From NCBI RefSeq assembly GCF_009914755.1, contig NC_060934.1: DNA of 64,000 nucleotides; one strand, 5' to 3'. The notes under the pieces are model-generated. The model saw only the letters and a program-made list of their open reading frames with translations, did not search any database and was not told the origin of the DNA. The DNA comes from the human T2T-CHM13v2.0 reference genome, Homo sapiens. The translations under genes were made by a program, and so were the position numbers. This document shows, piece by piece, positions 41,000 to 54,697 of this stretch (positions are counted from its first letter, which is position 1; each line of letters starts with the position of its first letter).

Positions 41000-42835
41000 T
41001 CCTCTCACAGCTCTGACTGCATCACAGCGTAGCTGTCTGTGTCGCCATTTAGCTGCAAGCTCCAAGGACAGGCTTTGTGTGGAGCTCACATTTCCAGGGC
41101 CCAGCACAATATCCAATAAATATTTGTTGACTAAATGAGTAAATGAAAGCAAAGCAAATCTATCCACTTACTTTGTACATGAAAGAATCCCATGGCTGAA
41201 TTATAAGAAAAATAAATTAGTGGCCTGGATTAAGAGTAAAGAGAAGTCCACTAAAAATCCAGGTATCTGGCAGGTCCTATCTAGCCAAAATACTGGAACA
41301 GATGGGATTTTAAAAAGCATCTCCTCTACTTATCTAGCTTACATAATACACTCACAACACTGAGAACCCAAACAATTCTTCCCCCAAATGGCCTCCATGA
41401 AACCAACTCCTAGGGTTTACTGCATGAATGAGCTGTTCTGAAACCTGGACCCCAGCAACTTGCCCACCATCCAGAACCCTTGGCACCTCCTGCTTTCCTC
41501 GTGATCACTCTGCTCCAGACCAGCATGAGCTCCCCGTCTGCATGGGCAGCCTTTCATTTGTGTCACTCTAGAGGCAAGTCAGTGGCTCAGGAGAAACAGG
41601 CACTTTGTGGGAAGCCTGCACTCATTTGCTCACCTCACCCCTGCTCCTTTGTCTCCCTGGCATTGCTGGTCAGCCCCACCATGACACTGAGCAGATTTAC
41701 AAATAACCAGCAAGGAGGGAGGGAGGGAGGCTGGCACTGGGCTCACCAGAGTGCAGGGCAGAGACTAAGCTCTTCCAGGTAGTTAAGTGTTTGCACAAAG
41801 AGCATGGGTCACAGGAGCTTCTCAGCAGACAGAGAAGCATCGGCGGGATCAGTTACTATGGGCATCACTAGAGGTTGCACCTGGCAAAAGTTGCCCTGTT
41901 GCCCTTGACCTTAACCAGTAGGGCCTCCCACCATCTGACCCAGGGGAGCTTCTCTGCTGGAGCTGGAGGCCCCAGCCCCATGCCCTGCTGTGACCAGACT
42001 TGCTCACCAAGGGCCAAGAGCCGCACTGCCAGCATCACCACACCCTCATCCAAGGCAATGGTGCTGCTGGGCCTGGATGACTGAGCCGAACCAGAGAAGA
42101 ACGGGAGACAACACCAAGGCAGAGAAACTGAATTAAACAAGGAAATGAAAGGAGCGTGATGATGGCAAAATTCCAACTCTTGCCTGAGATAAAGTGAGGA
42201 GGGACCATAATCTAGCCTTATAAATGAGAGCCCTGATGGTCTGCAAACAAACATTTCCTACTGTGAAGTCCACGAGCATTGACTCAGCATCTGCTAGGCT
42301 GGCCCACAGAAGCATTTAAAAGAAAGAATAAAGCATGTTCTCCCAACTAAAAGGCCTTAGCTTGTGTTGTGTTTTGTTACTAACAGCTATTCATGAGTTT
42401 CCTGTCGGCCCCAGGAACTCAAAAGCAGTGAGCTTAAAGAAGCCAAACCAGGGAAAATAAATGGAGGACAACGACAGTGAGCCTTGAACTCAACTTCAGG
42501 GGACAAGGGAAAGTGAAAGGGCCTTGCAAGGCAATCGGGGTCTCAAGCTGCATTTTTCCTGACTTCTGAACTTCTCAAGGCTGTCCCTCTGCTGCCACTT
42601 CAAAAAAAAACCCATAAAAACTGTAAGTATCTTTTCACTTCCGCATCCTTGGCTATTCCCAAAAGCTGCCCAATTCCTGGAAAATAGCCTTTGTTTCTAT
42701 TTCACGTGAGCCAATATGTACCAAGCCAAAGGGTGGAAAGTGCTGGGCCTGGCCCTGGGGAAACAAAGGTGACCCCAAGGGGTCCTCAGCCCTTCCAGAG
42801 GCCTAGTGAACCCAGGGTGAGAAGAGAACTAATCA

Positions 42836-43468
<633 letters not shown>

Positions 43469-45549
43469 TTATTATTCTGCTCAGAAGTTGGTGCCTTATT
43501 CTGCAGGGTCATGCAAGGCTGTTCTTTAAGCAGACTAGAGAGAATAATCCTGAAGCTGTGGGTCCTCAAGAGGATGGATGGAAGGGGACTGGCAGTGGAG
43601 GCAGGGAGGCCAGTTAGATAAACTCATTAGTGCATATGGAATGATGAGGGTGTGAGCTAATCATGGCAGCTGGGCACCATGCCATCAGCTGTGCCCCTAC
43701 CACCTCAATTCTCACAACCACCCTGCAAGTGCACAGCTGTGGGAATGGGCTAAGGAGGCTGAATTACAACCCAATTTGGCCACATCCCTGATGAGTAGCG
43801 GCACGGGGGATCAAATCCAAGCATATCCAAGTTCAAAGCACTTGTGTCTGCCATCCATCCGTTGGCTGTAGTCATTCCCAGGGAGCCAGGAAAGTGCATC
43901 TGAGTCATGGCCCCTGCCCATCAGTCCTTCATACTCCACAAGGCAAAGGGTGTGGGGATGAAGAGAAAGAGTGGACTGGAGACATGAGACAGGGAGAGCC
44001 CACAGGACCTGCCGATGTGGGCACTGGGTGGTGGAGATGCGGAAAGCCATCAGACACCGTGGTGAACCAGGCAGCCATGGCACCTGCCCATCGGGGAGCG
44101 GGTGGGCCAGCCAGATGTGTGGGGAAGAGCAGCTCTTGGGTGCTGTCTGCTGAGGACAATGTCGAGACCCTCCTTCTCTTCTAGGCTGTGGCAGGTGAAG
44201 GGGAAGCCCCAGGGTTGAAGGAGCGCAGGCCTGGGGATGAGAGAGAGTCAAAAGGGAAGGATGTTCCTTCCCTTCCTCTCTGGATCCATATCATTGTTCC
44301 AGGTCCAGCCAGGCCCCTTCTCCAGAAAGCCACTGTGACCAGCGGCACTCAGCTCTCTTGCTGGCGTCTGCCTCCCTAGGTTGTGGACTGTCAAAACCAG
44401 TTGCGCATAGTCGTCTGGGTGTGTGTCTATCTCCAGGGCAGAAGCTCTTTCCGGTCAAGGGTCAAGATTTATAGATTTGGGTGTCCGACAAGGTGCTAAG
44501 CACACAGGAGGCCATAGGCGATTCTCCTCCAGACACACCCTTTCGGGATCCAGCCACAGGCTTGGGGAAATAACAATCAACAAAGGCAAGGCCCCAGAGT
44601 GCCAACCTCAGTGACATTTATCAACCCCCAGGGCTGGGAGGGGTGGGCATCCCTTAGAGGAATGTGGCTATTGCCCTGAGGCCCTGGAACTCGCTCACCA
44701 CATTTCCTTTCTCCCCCACCATCCCCCACACTTTCATTTCGGTCTCTTCCTCGTCCTCCTGTGGAGCGAGGGAGAAATAAATGTGTTGTTCATTCTGGAA
44801 ACTGTAGGCCCTTGTGCAGGCTTTCCATCCCGGCTCTGTTAAAGTTCAGGGTTGTCTGCTTAGGGTCAATAAGTTTCTTGTTTGAGACTTCCAAGGCCCA
44901 CGCAGGGCTGGGCGGTTCAACTGCTCGATTCATTGCCCTCCTCTGTGGTGAAGCTCTTCCTCCAGATGACCTCCTCCCCCAGCTTTTCTCATCTTGAGGC
45001 TGTCTTGCTTTTTGGTCACTAAGTTCCCAACCATAAACGTCTTCCCAACATGCCGAAAAAGCCACTCTTCACGGTTTCCCTGCTGTTCTATGCACACATT
45101 TTTATTTATTCAGCTGCATTTGCTGAAGACCTGAGATGGAGCATGATTTTCCTTCCCAATGTCAAACTGAGCAGACCTGCGCTTTATATAGAAAGACTGT
45201 ATCCCTCTGCCCCAACAGTTCCCAAGATCAAGCCACTGAATGTATTATCCTCATGAGCCCAACTGCTGGGGAGCAGTCAGTGTTAGGAGCCTGTGACACT
45301 TTCTGTGAGAAGCAACAGCATCCTACAGATGCCAGGGAGGGTGGAAAATGTCGAAGATCTTCCTCCTGATCAGAGAGAGCTCTCAAGTTCTCAAGATGAG
45401 CTTCTGGAAAAATACACTCCTCACACCACCTAAGAAGGGTGACCTCAGAGCAAATGCCCCTTGTCTTCAAAAATGCAAAACACTGAGTCAGCCTTTAGCA
45501 CGTATCTACTATACGTCTGGCCTGTTCATAGAAAGTGGGATTTTTTTCT

Positions 45550-45884
45550 TATTTTTATTTTACTTTACTTTCTTTTTTTTGAGACAAGATGTCACTCTGT
45601 CATCCAGGCTGGAGTGCAGTGGTACAATCATGACTCACTGCACCCTTGACCTCCCAGACTCAAGTGAGTCTCCTTGAGTAGCTGGGACTATAGGCATGTA
45701 CCACTTGAGACTATATGGTCTCAAGTAGCTGGGACTATAGGCATGTACCACCACGCCCTGCTAATTTTTAAATTTTTTGTAGAGACAGAGTCGTGCTATG
45801 TAGCCCAGGCTGGTCTTGAGCTCCTGGCCTCAGGGGATCCTCCTGCCTTGGCCTCCCAAAGAGTGTGAGCCACCACACCCAGCC
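45550..45884 (-). mobile_element. Alu (AluJ-like) with internal 28-bp duplication
   Basis: Reverse diverged Alu; duplicated agtagctgggactataggcatgtaccac. Confidence 0.9.
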
Positions 45885-45889
45885 TTCTT

Positions 45890-46620
45890 TTTTTTTGTGA
45901 TGGTAAAATACAGATAATATAAAATTTACTACTTTAACCATCTTAAAGTTTACAATTCAGTGGTGTTAAGATTCCCAATGTGTGCAACCATTACCACTAT
46001 CTAGTTCCAGAACTTTTTTTATTACCTCAAAGGAGAACTCCTTAGGCAGTGACTTCCCTATTTCCCCCTAGGCTCAGATGCTGGCAACCGCAAATCTGCT
46101 TTCGGTCCAGTGGATTTGCCTATTCTGGGTATTGCATATACATTTTGCATCTGGCTTCTTTCCCTTAGCATTATGTTTTCAAGGTTCATCCATGTTGCAG
46201 TAGGTATGGCTACTTCCTTCCTTCTTAAGACTGAGTACAATTCCATTATATGGATATACTACATTCTACTTACCCATTCATTGTTGATAAGGCAATGGCT
46301 TTTTTAAACAAAAAACTTTTTTATTGGGATATAATTTAAATACAGTAAACGCTCCTGTTTTTACTGTGAAATTCTATTTGTTTTGAGAAACACCCTCAGC
46401 TGTGTTAGGCACAGAACCTTCCCACTACCCGAGAAAGTTTCTTTGTGCCTTTTATAGGCAGCCCTCTCCCTACTCCCACAGCATGGCAGCAGGAATAGCT
46501 TTCGGAGTCTGACTTCTTTTACTTAACATAAGGCATATGAGATTCATCCCGGTTGTAATGCATGAGAAGTTTGCTCCTTTTTCTTGCTACATAGCATTCC
46601 ATCGTGTAGATGTAGGAAGA
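45890..46620 (-). mobile_element. Old L1M 3' fragments (L1MB/MC-like)
   Basis: tgtgcaaccattaccactatctagttccagaac and ggttcatccatgttgcag motifs. Confidence 0.75.
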
Positions 46621-46790
46621 ATCTTTATAGCCCCTCTGCTGGGCACTTCTGCACAGAACAGCAGTTCCTGCTTTCCCACACCAGATTGCCATGCTCTCAA
46701 AGGCACCTCACTGCTGACTTTACAGGACGTGCTCTACTTTAAGTTCACGCAATGTGTAGCCACTCAGAGGCATGCATACAAGAGGTAAAG

Positions 46791-46960
46791 CAGTGATTCT
46801 CAGCCCGGGCTGCACACTGGAATCACTGGGGAAACTTATAAGAATCCTGATGCCTGGGTGCACCCCCAGAATTCTGCTGTCATTCCTCTGGGTGTGACCT
46901 GGGGCAGCACTTTTCAATCTTCCCAGGTGAGTCTAATGCACAGCCAAGGTCAAGAACTGC
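46791..46960. mobile_element. MER5-like hAT-Charlie element
   Basis: cagtgattctca...ggaatcac...cccaggtga.tctaatgcacagcca...gaactg palindromic layout. Confidence 0.78.
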
Positions 46961-47182
46961 CTAGCTAAAGTTGTGATGATTTGCTTTATGAAGTCTTTTT
47001 ACCTAATAAAATTATGTGTAAAAAAATGCAAACTTTCAAAGTGCTCCTATATGATCCTTCTGATCTACATGTAGAACTTTCTAGGCTCATGCCTGTTATA
47101 GAAAGTCAGATATATTTCAAAATACATTTTCTCCTAAAGTCCTTTTCCTTCTGGACAGTAAGAGTGCAGAAGGCCAGGCTGG

Positions 47183-47660
47183 GGCTAGGTGCAGTGGCTC
47201 ACACCTGTAACCCCAGCACTTTGGGAGGCCGAGGTGGATGGATCACTTGAGGTCAAGGGTTTGAGACCAGCCCGGCCAACATGGCAAAACCCCGCCTCTA
47301 CTAAAAATACAAAAATAAGCTGGGCATGATGACACACACCTGTAATCCCAGCCACTCAGGAGGCTGAACCATAAGAATCACTTGAACCCAGGAGGCGGAG
47401 TTTGCAGTGAGCCGAGATCGCACCATTGCTCTCCACTCCAGCATGGGCAACAAGAGTGAAACTCGGTCTCAAAAAAAAAAAAAAAAAAAAAGAAAAGAAA
47501 AGAGAAACAAAAAAGAAAAAAGAAGACTGAGCCAGGTGTGGTGGCATGCACCTGTAGTCCCAGCTACCCTGGAGGTGGGAGGATTGCTTGAGCCCAGGAG
47601 TTCAAATCCAGCCTGGGCAACATAATGAGAGCTTGTCGCTTGGAAAAAAAAAAAAAAAAA
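47183..47660 (+). mobile_element. Alu dimer (47183-47521) followed by a FLAM-like monomer (47526-47660)
   Basis: Two consecutive Alu-derived units, each with an A tail. Confidence 0.9.
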
Positions 47661-50276
47661 GAACACAGTGTAGAAGGCAAGGGTCAAGATGTCTCAAGAT
47701 ATCTATATGTTTACATATCACTGTACTCAGTTTTTTGTCCTGCTTAAGCTCTTATCCCTGAAAATCAGCACCCAAAGCAGACTGTAGTCATTTCTGCCTG
47801 CTTGAAACCCAGTAAACTGAGCCAAATGTAAATAACTTTCTCCAGTGTAAATACTCAAGAAGTTTTTCTTTATCTCCATCTCCAAGAAATGGCGAGGGGG
47901 GCGGGGGGGTTTGCTTCACTTGCTAGCACTGTGAATGCTCTGCTCCCGCCAAGCCTGGCCTGCAAGGGTCATCTTGCCATCATTTCTGCAAGATCTGCTT
48001 TTTCTCACCTATCTTTGAGTCTCATCACTTAAAACACTTTCCCCAGGAACAGCCCACCCTCCACATTCCCAGATTAGCCGTTGAAACTGAGACAGGACAG
48101 ATGCTGGGCTGTGGCTTGCACTACTGGAAAAACAACTTGAGTTGCTCACTGCCGACCTCTCCAGTGGAACAAAACTCCCCAAGAGCAGAATTCCAACCCC
48201 AGCTTAGGAGCCAGCTGGAATCAGAGCTTCTCAGACAGGGCCTTTGAAAATTCACACAGTCACAGCTGAAGACATGAAACCAAGCACAGAGAAGGAGAAA
48301 AGACCTCAGTCCTACCAAGGGCCACATCCACTCTGTCTGGAACTGCCCAGAAGCACTACCTGTCCATCCGGCCCAATAGCACACAGGGCTATTACTTGAC
48401 GATTCAGCCGTCTTTATTGTTCTCTGTTGTCCCATGGATGCAAGTCCTTTGTCCCCAAATGAAATTGAAACTTCTGTGTGGGTAGGGACTATATCTTCTG
48501 GTTTGATTTCCTCCCCCTCTGTGCCTAGATAGTGCTTTGCTAAGGTCAGTGCTTGGAGAACATCTGCCGAACATAAGGCTTCTAAACAGATAGACAGACA
48601 CATACTACCTGCCTTCACTAACGAAACCTCCTCCTATTTAAAGGTTCTGGGCTGGTCAGTCCAGTAGACCTGGGCAAAGGGCTCACAAGTCCCATCTGGG
48701 CCAGTTAACGTCTCTAAAACGAGCCACCAGAGGCAGACCCTGGCAGCTGATGGGCTGGAAGGACAGGAGGCATCTCACTCTTGGATGGTGCTCTGATGGG
48801 AGAATTTTCTCAAGGGTACAGGTGGGAAGGGCATGGAGGTGGCTTGCTCCCCTAGGGATCAGAATCAGAGAGAACCCACGGTGAAAGAAACCCGACCCCT
48901 GAGGCACTCCAGCAGTTCAGAGGGCACGTGAGGGCAGACTCAAGACACTCCAGGTTCCAGCGGCGACCAGGGTCCAGGCCAGACAAAGAGGCTTTGGGTC
49001 CCGGGAGGCCTTTGTTCCTCAGCCCATTTAAGACATTCCTTAAATGCAATCTACCAGAAGAGTGGCTTCATTCAGAGCCAGCGGGGGCCAGTTATGCGGG
49101 TGGGAGGCACAAAGGTTTGCCTGGGTATCTCCCTGCGCGGCAAGTCCCACAACCAGCACAAACCACTTTAGCCTCAGAACAAGAGGCTGATGGGGGTCAC
49201 TCGAGTTCACATTGGAAAGGCTGTGTTGGATAGGAAAAAAGAAGGCTGGAAAATGATAACAGCAATTATCTTTTGGTGGAGGGGCTATGGGAAATTTTCA
49301 CTCCTTCTTTATAGCCTCCCCTGTTCCTCAACACAGAAGAGCATGGAGTTTTTACGCAGAGAAAAGAAGTTGTGCAGTGGCCGCTATGTTTTCATTTGGA
49401 GCCGTAAATCTAAGGTTGTCCCTGTTTACTTGATATTTGTATCAGAGAAAAAAGACATATTAAAGATGGATGGAAGGGGGAAAATCACCGTATGTCCAGA
49501 TTTACTGTTTCCTTCCAGCATTTGGCAAAAGTAATGAGACAGCATTGGACTGGTGTGCTGGTCGGGACCTTTTCATCCTGTCCAGGCCCCTGCCTCTAAG
49601 CAGGTCAAAATCAGCCCCAGCAATCCAAAGTGACCACCACTCTGAGGTTGGAGTCAACCGGGGGGAGGCACGCGAGGCTGATTAGGTGCCCACTGGACCA
49701 CCAGGCAAAAGCCCTTCCTTGGGGCTTCAAGGAACCTGGGCAGGAGAAACGAAGGCCTCCTGGGCCACCCCCCTGCCCCAAGCCTCTTTGGCCCCTGGTG
49801 GCTGCTGGAAACTGCAGTGCCTCTCACTTGAACTTATGCGCCCTCTGAACCGGAAGTGCCCTAAGAGTCAAGTTCCCCTTGCCCTGGGTTCTTGATCTTG
49901 CAAGAAGCAGCCACCTCCGCCCTTCCCACAGGTACCACACTCCAGATTCAAATTGCCTAAATATTAGTTCCACATCTTGGCTCACTCTTGGCTGCACCAT
50001 ATACTGGCTGTGTGGCCTTGGGGAGCTTAATGAGCCTCTCTATGCTTCAGTTTCCTGGTGTGTAAAATAGGGCTAATAATAGTACCTAGGGACTAGTTCG
50101 TGGGATTAATGTGAAGATCACAAAATAACCTCCTAAAGTGCTTATACTACATTAAATGTTAGTTGCTAAATAAAACCCTCATTCCTCTTATAAGAGTGGT
50201 AGAAAAAACTCTCCATAGACTGTAAATACACACACACATTACAATTCTAGCAGACAGCTTCAAAAAAGCAGCTGTA

Positions 50277-50634
<358 letters not shown>

Positions 50635-50989
50635 TTATGTCCTGGTAGACAGCAACAGGGGCAGGTGAGGAGGAATTTGGGTTAAACCCTTGCAGGAAAC
50701 CACCTTCATAGAAACATACAGTACTGAGAATGAACAAGTGAAGGTTTTCAAAGTTTTCTGTAGCTTAGCCCAGGTGTCAACAGGTTAAAGCCAACACTAG
50801 AAACAGGTCGAAAGAATGAGCGTCAGCTCCATGCTATGATTTGAGAAGTGGCTACCAGGTCCTTTGGTGTTTTTCTCCATCCTTCTGCCTGTCTGCCCCC
50901 TTTCCACTGCTCCGACAGCCACAAGGGGCAATGTTCCTTTCGGCAAACAGCACGGCACTATCAACATTGCCCTAGAAGGAATAATCCAT

Positions 50990-51530
50990 GACTGTGTACA
51001 GTGGATACCTGTTGCTTTTCCCCCTTCCCCCTCATCCATTCACTCATATTTGGAGCCAAATTTCCCTGGGGAAACCCCCTTTCCTTACTGTCTATATTTG
51101 TGGAACTAAAACGCCACACCCAACTCCATGGGCAGTCACGTGACCTTGGACCTAACCAGTCAGAGCATTTCATTCCCCAGCCACAATGACTGGCTTAGAG
51201 ACAGACCCATGACCAGAGCCAAGCCAATGAGCATCAGCCATGGGACTCTTCCTGGAACTACTAGGAAGTGGGCTTTTCCTTCCTGGGGGTTGAGCTGCTA
51301 GAATGTTGGCCTGAAACTTTTGTGGCCATCTCCAGAAACAGTCCGCCTGAGGAGGGAAACGGGGCCTGGAGATTCCTGACAGCATCATTTCAGCACTTAG
51401 ATTCAGCCATGACTCAAACTAGCTGTTCTTCTATACCACTCAGTAATATGTGGCCAAAGCACCCTATTTGTTTGTTTAAGCCAGCCTGAATTAGGTTTCT
51501 TTTGCTTGCAAACTGAGAGTGAACTACTAG
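50990..51530 (+). mobile_element. Old MLT1 (J/K-like) LTR
   Basis: catgacc...agccaatgag...cagccatgactcaaactag...tttgtttaagccagcctgaattagg pattern. Confidence 0.55.
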
Positions 51531-52559
51531 CACATTGTTGGACCCCAAAATCTGGACCAGGCAGTCTGCAGATCCAATTCTAGTTCATTCTGTGAAGTAG
51601 GCATTACCATCCCCAGATTTGAAGCCAAGGGAGGCCATGTGGTTCCACCAGGGTCACACAGCAAGTTCAGCGCTCAGAATCAACAGGTCCTCCTGGCCCC
51701 AAGCCTAGAGTTTATTCCATTGCTCTGAGTCGACCTTACATTGGTAAAGATTTGCTTATTAAAACAGACTGTACAGAGAGTGGACTTCAAAAACATTCTA
51801 AGGACAGCAAAGTGTGGGAAAAGATCCAGATAAAAGCAACTTGAGAAGCCTGGGATATAATGTCACCAAGTCCTGGGGTGGGGGACAGAGGATAAGTGGA
51901 TAGAGGACAGTGAAGACAAACTTCCACCAGCCTTAGAAAAAAAAGGGTGGAAATGGAAGGGGGAATTCCAAAGACCCAGGAGGCCAAGTAGAGCAGAGGC
52001 ATGGCATCTTGGGAGACGGAAGGATGTAAAGAAAGACCTTCACTTATTCCAGGGAGTGCTGATGGATTTCAAGATTGTGGAGCCCTCTGGGGTAGCCTGA
52101 TGGGAGATACAAGAGTGGAAGCTGCAACTCTTGGCTCATGGAGCACGACCGCTGTGGAAAGAATGCCATCCCGGAACCTTCGCGCCTGAGTCCTCAGTGC
52201 CAGGGGCCAGAACCTAGAGGCCAAAATAGCTGATGAAATGGATGGAACGTGATTGTTAAATTATGAGGCACCACAAGAAAAGGGTCTGCCTAAAATGATC
52301 CTTAATATTAGGAAGAGTGGAAGAGCAAAAGCCGCCACACAAAGGAGCAATTTTAGTATAGCAGGTGGTTCTGAATGGCTGTCAAGCTTCGACTAACTTG
52401 CTTCTGCTGATCGTAGCACCTCTAATGGACAAGAACCAATAATCAGGGGACAGCCTGTGTGTAATTCCTTTATCTGAACCATATCAACTTGAAATCAGTC
52501 CTCTTAAGCCTTGAAGAAGTTAGAGAACAATAATGAGTGGAAATTAATCATTTGGTCTA

Positions 52560-53010
52560 TTTTTCTCCTTCTTTGTATAATGAGAGGACCTATCCCATAT
52601 GGTTCAGATTTGACCGGCCCCACCTAAGCCATAGGAGAAGGGGATGTAGTTGAGGTCTGGTCATCCCTCAGGCCCTGGTGATGAGTTCAACTAATTCAAG
52701 CAAGACTGTTATCTGGGATTTGCTATATGGGCTTTGGGAGAAAGAGATCTTTCTTCTCTTGGGATTGCAAGCCATGAGGATGCATAATTGGAGTTAGAGG
52801 AGACCCCTCTTTTTCCAGTCTAACGATTAAGCCAGTGCTCAGAAGGAACAAAGCTAATAACTAGAGAAAGAGACAAAGCCCTGACCACATAGCTAGGGTC
52901 CCTAGGTCCAGCCATGCCTGAAGCTAACTTTGCACCTGCCAACTACAAGAACCAACAAATTCCCTTTTCATATAAGCTAGGCTTTAGTCACTGATGACCA
53001 AAAAGCCTTT
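52560..53010 (+). mobile_element. Old MLT1 (K/L-like) LTR
   Basis: ggtccagccatgcctgaagcta...ccaacaaattccctttt pattern. Confidence 0.5.
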
Positions 53011-53350
53011 CTAAATATAGAAGTGAAGGTTGAACAAATGGTGGCTCCATATAAACCATTCCCTATATAAGGCATACCCCAATTTTTCAAGGTCATACAA
53101 TGGCCCCATAGAATCTAACTTTCTTGCTCCCTTTGAAAAGTCCAAGCACAAAATCGACAGGACCAGGTAATTATCCTGGATAAACCATGGCCAAACAACT
53201 AGAAAAGTGCTGATGATGGCCAACAAACACCGAGGGGTATGGCTGTAATCGGTGCTATTTAAACCACAGTGGAGTATAGCAGGCCTAGGGATGGATGCGG
53301 GTGGGGGGAGGTTGCCTCCCCCACAGAAGCCTTTCTCTTCTCGCTCTCTC

Positions 53351-53489
53351 TTTTTTTTTTTTTTTGAGACGGAGTCTCACTCTGTTGCCCAGGCTGGAGT
53401 GCAGTGGCACGATCTTGGCTCACTGCAAGCTCCGCCTCCCGGATTCACACAAACTGCTGTGATTATAGGCGTGAGCCACCACGCCCGGC
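53351..53489 (-). mobile_element. Internally deleted Alu (AluY-like ends fused)
   Basis: Right-arm 3' end joined directly to the left-arm 5' end. Confidence 0.85.
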
Positions 53490-53781
53490 TCTCCTCTCTC
53501 TTTTTTCTGACTGATGCTCACATCCCTGTGCGACTCTCCATGGTCCCCAGTACAGGGCCCACAGCAGTGCTTTGGAAACTATGGGCATAGTCTTTTAGGT
53601 GGGCTGTGCTGTCAATTCAGTGCATTAGCACTGGTAGCTTAAAAAAAAAAAAAGTTTTGCTGAGTTTTGCTGTGAACTTAAAACTGCTCTAAAAATAAAG
53701 TCTTTGCAATACATGTAGTAGAAAATATTTGAATGCATACCATCTAATAAAGGCACATACTCTATCAAAAAATTTCTGTCG

Positions 53782-54072
53782 GGTCCGGGCACAGTGGCTC
53801 ATACCTGTAACCCCAGCACTTTGGGGGACCAAGGTGGTTGGATCACTTGAGCCCAGGAGCTTGAGACCAGCCTGCGCAACATGCAAAAACCCTATCTCTA
53901 CAAAAAATACAAAAAACTAGCCAGGCATGGTGGCACATGCCTGTGGTTTCAGCTACCAGGGAGGCTGAGGTAGGAGGAGAATCTGAGCCCAGGAGGTCGA
54001 GGCTGCAGTGAGCAGTAATTGCGCCACTGCACTCTAGCCTGGGTAATAGAGTGAGACCCTGTCTCAAAAAAA
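53782..54072 (+). mobile_element. Alu (AluJ-like)
   Basis: Diverged Alu dimer (ggaggtcgaggctgcagtgag). Confidence 0.92.
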
Positions 54073-54499
54073 ATTGTTTCAGGTGTATGTGTGTGTGCAT
54101 CAGTGTGTGCATATGTGTGTGTGCACACCCTGGGGAACAATATAAAATACATTTCTTACCATGTATATAAAATACATTTCTTACTATGGTCATAATCAAA
54201 AAGTTTGAAAAACATTTATCTGAAACTCCCAAAGCCAGAGATATTTTGAAATTCAGTGTATTTTGGAACAGTAACATGGTGCATATTCCCCCAGCAGAGT
54301 CTGGGGAAATACTCAGGAATAAAGTACATTAATATTTCTATAATAAAATACACAATTATTTATAGTAAGTGGGATAAACAGATAATGAGTCGCCTCACAT
54401 CATTTCAGGGCCGTTTTTATCTCCAAATTAGTTTGTGCCTGCTTTCCAAAAAACTTCTGGTTTCCAAGAAACTTCGGTTTCCCCCGCCAAACAAACAAA

Positions 54500-54697
54500 A
54501 AGAATGTAAAATAAACATTTTTAAAATATTGATGACATGTTGAAATGATGATATTTTGGATGTGTTGAGTTAAATAGTCTATTCTTAAAATTAACTTCAT
54601 CTATTTTTCATGTTTAAAAATGTTAAATGTAATTTAAATTTAAGTGTCATTAAAATTACATATGTGTTTTAAATTTTATTTCTATTGGATAGTACTG
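54500..54697 (+). mobile_element. MER33-like hAT-Charlie fragment
   Basis: tgaaatgatgatattttggat...aaattacatatgtg...tttctattggatagtactg. Confidence 0.7.
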
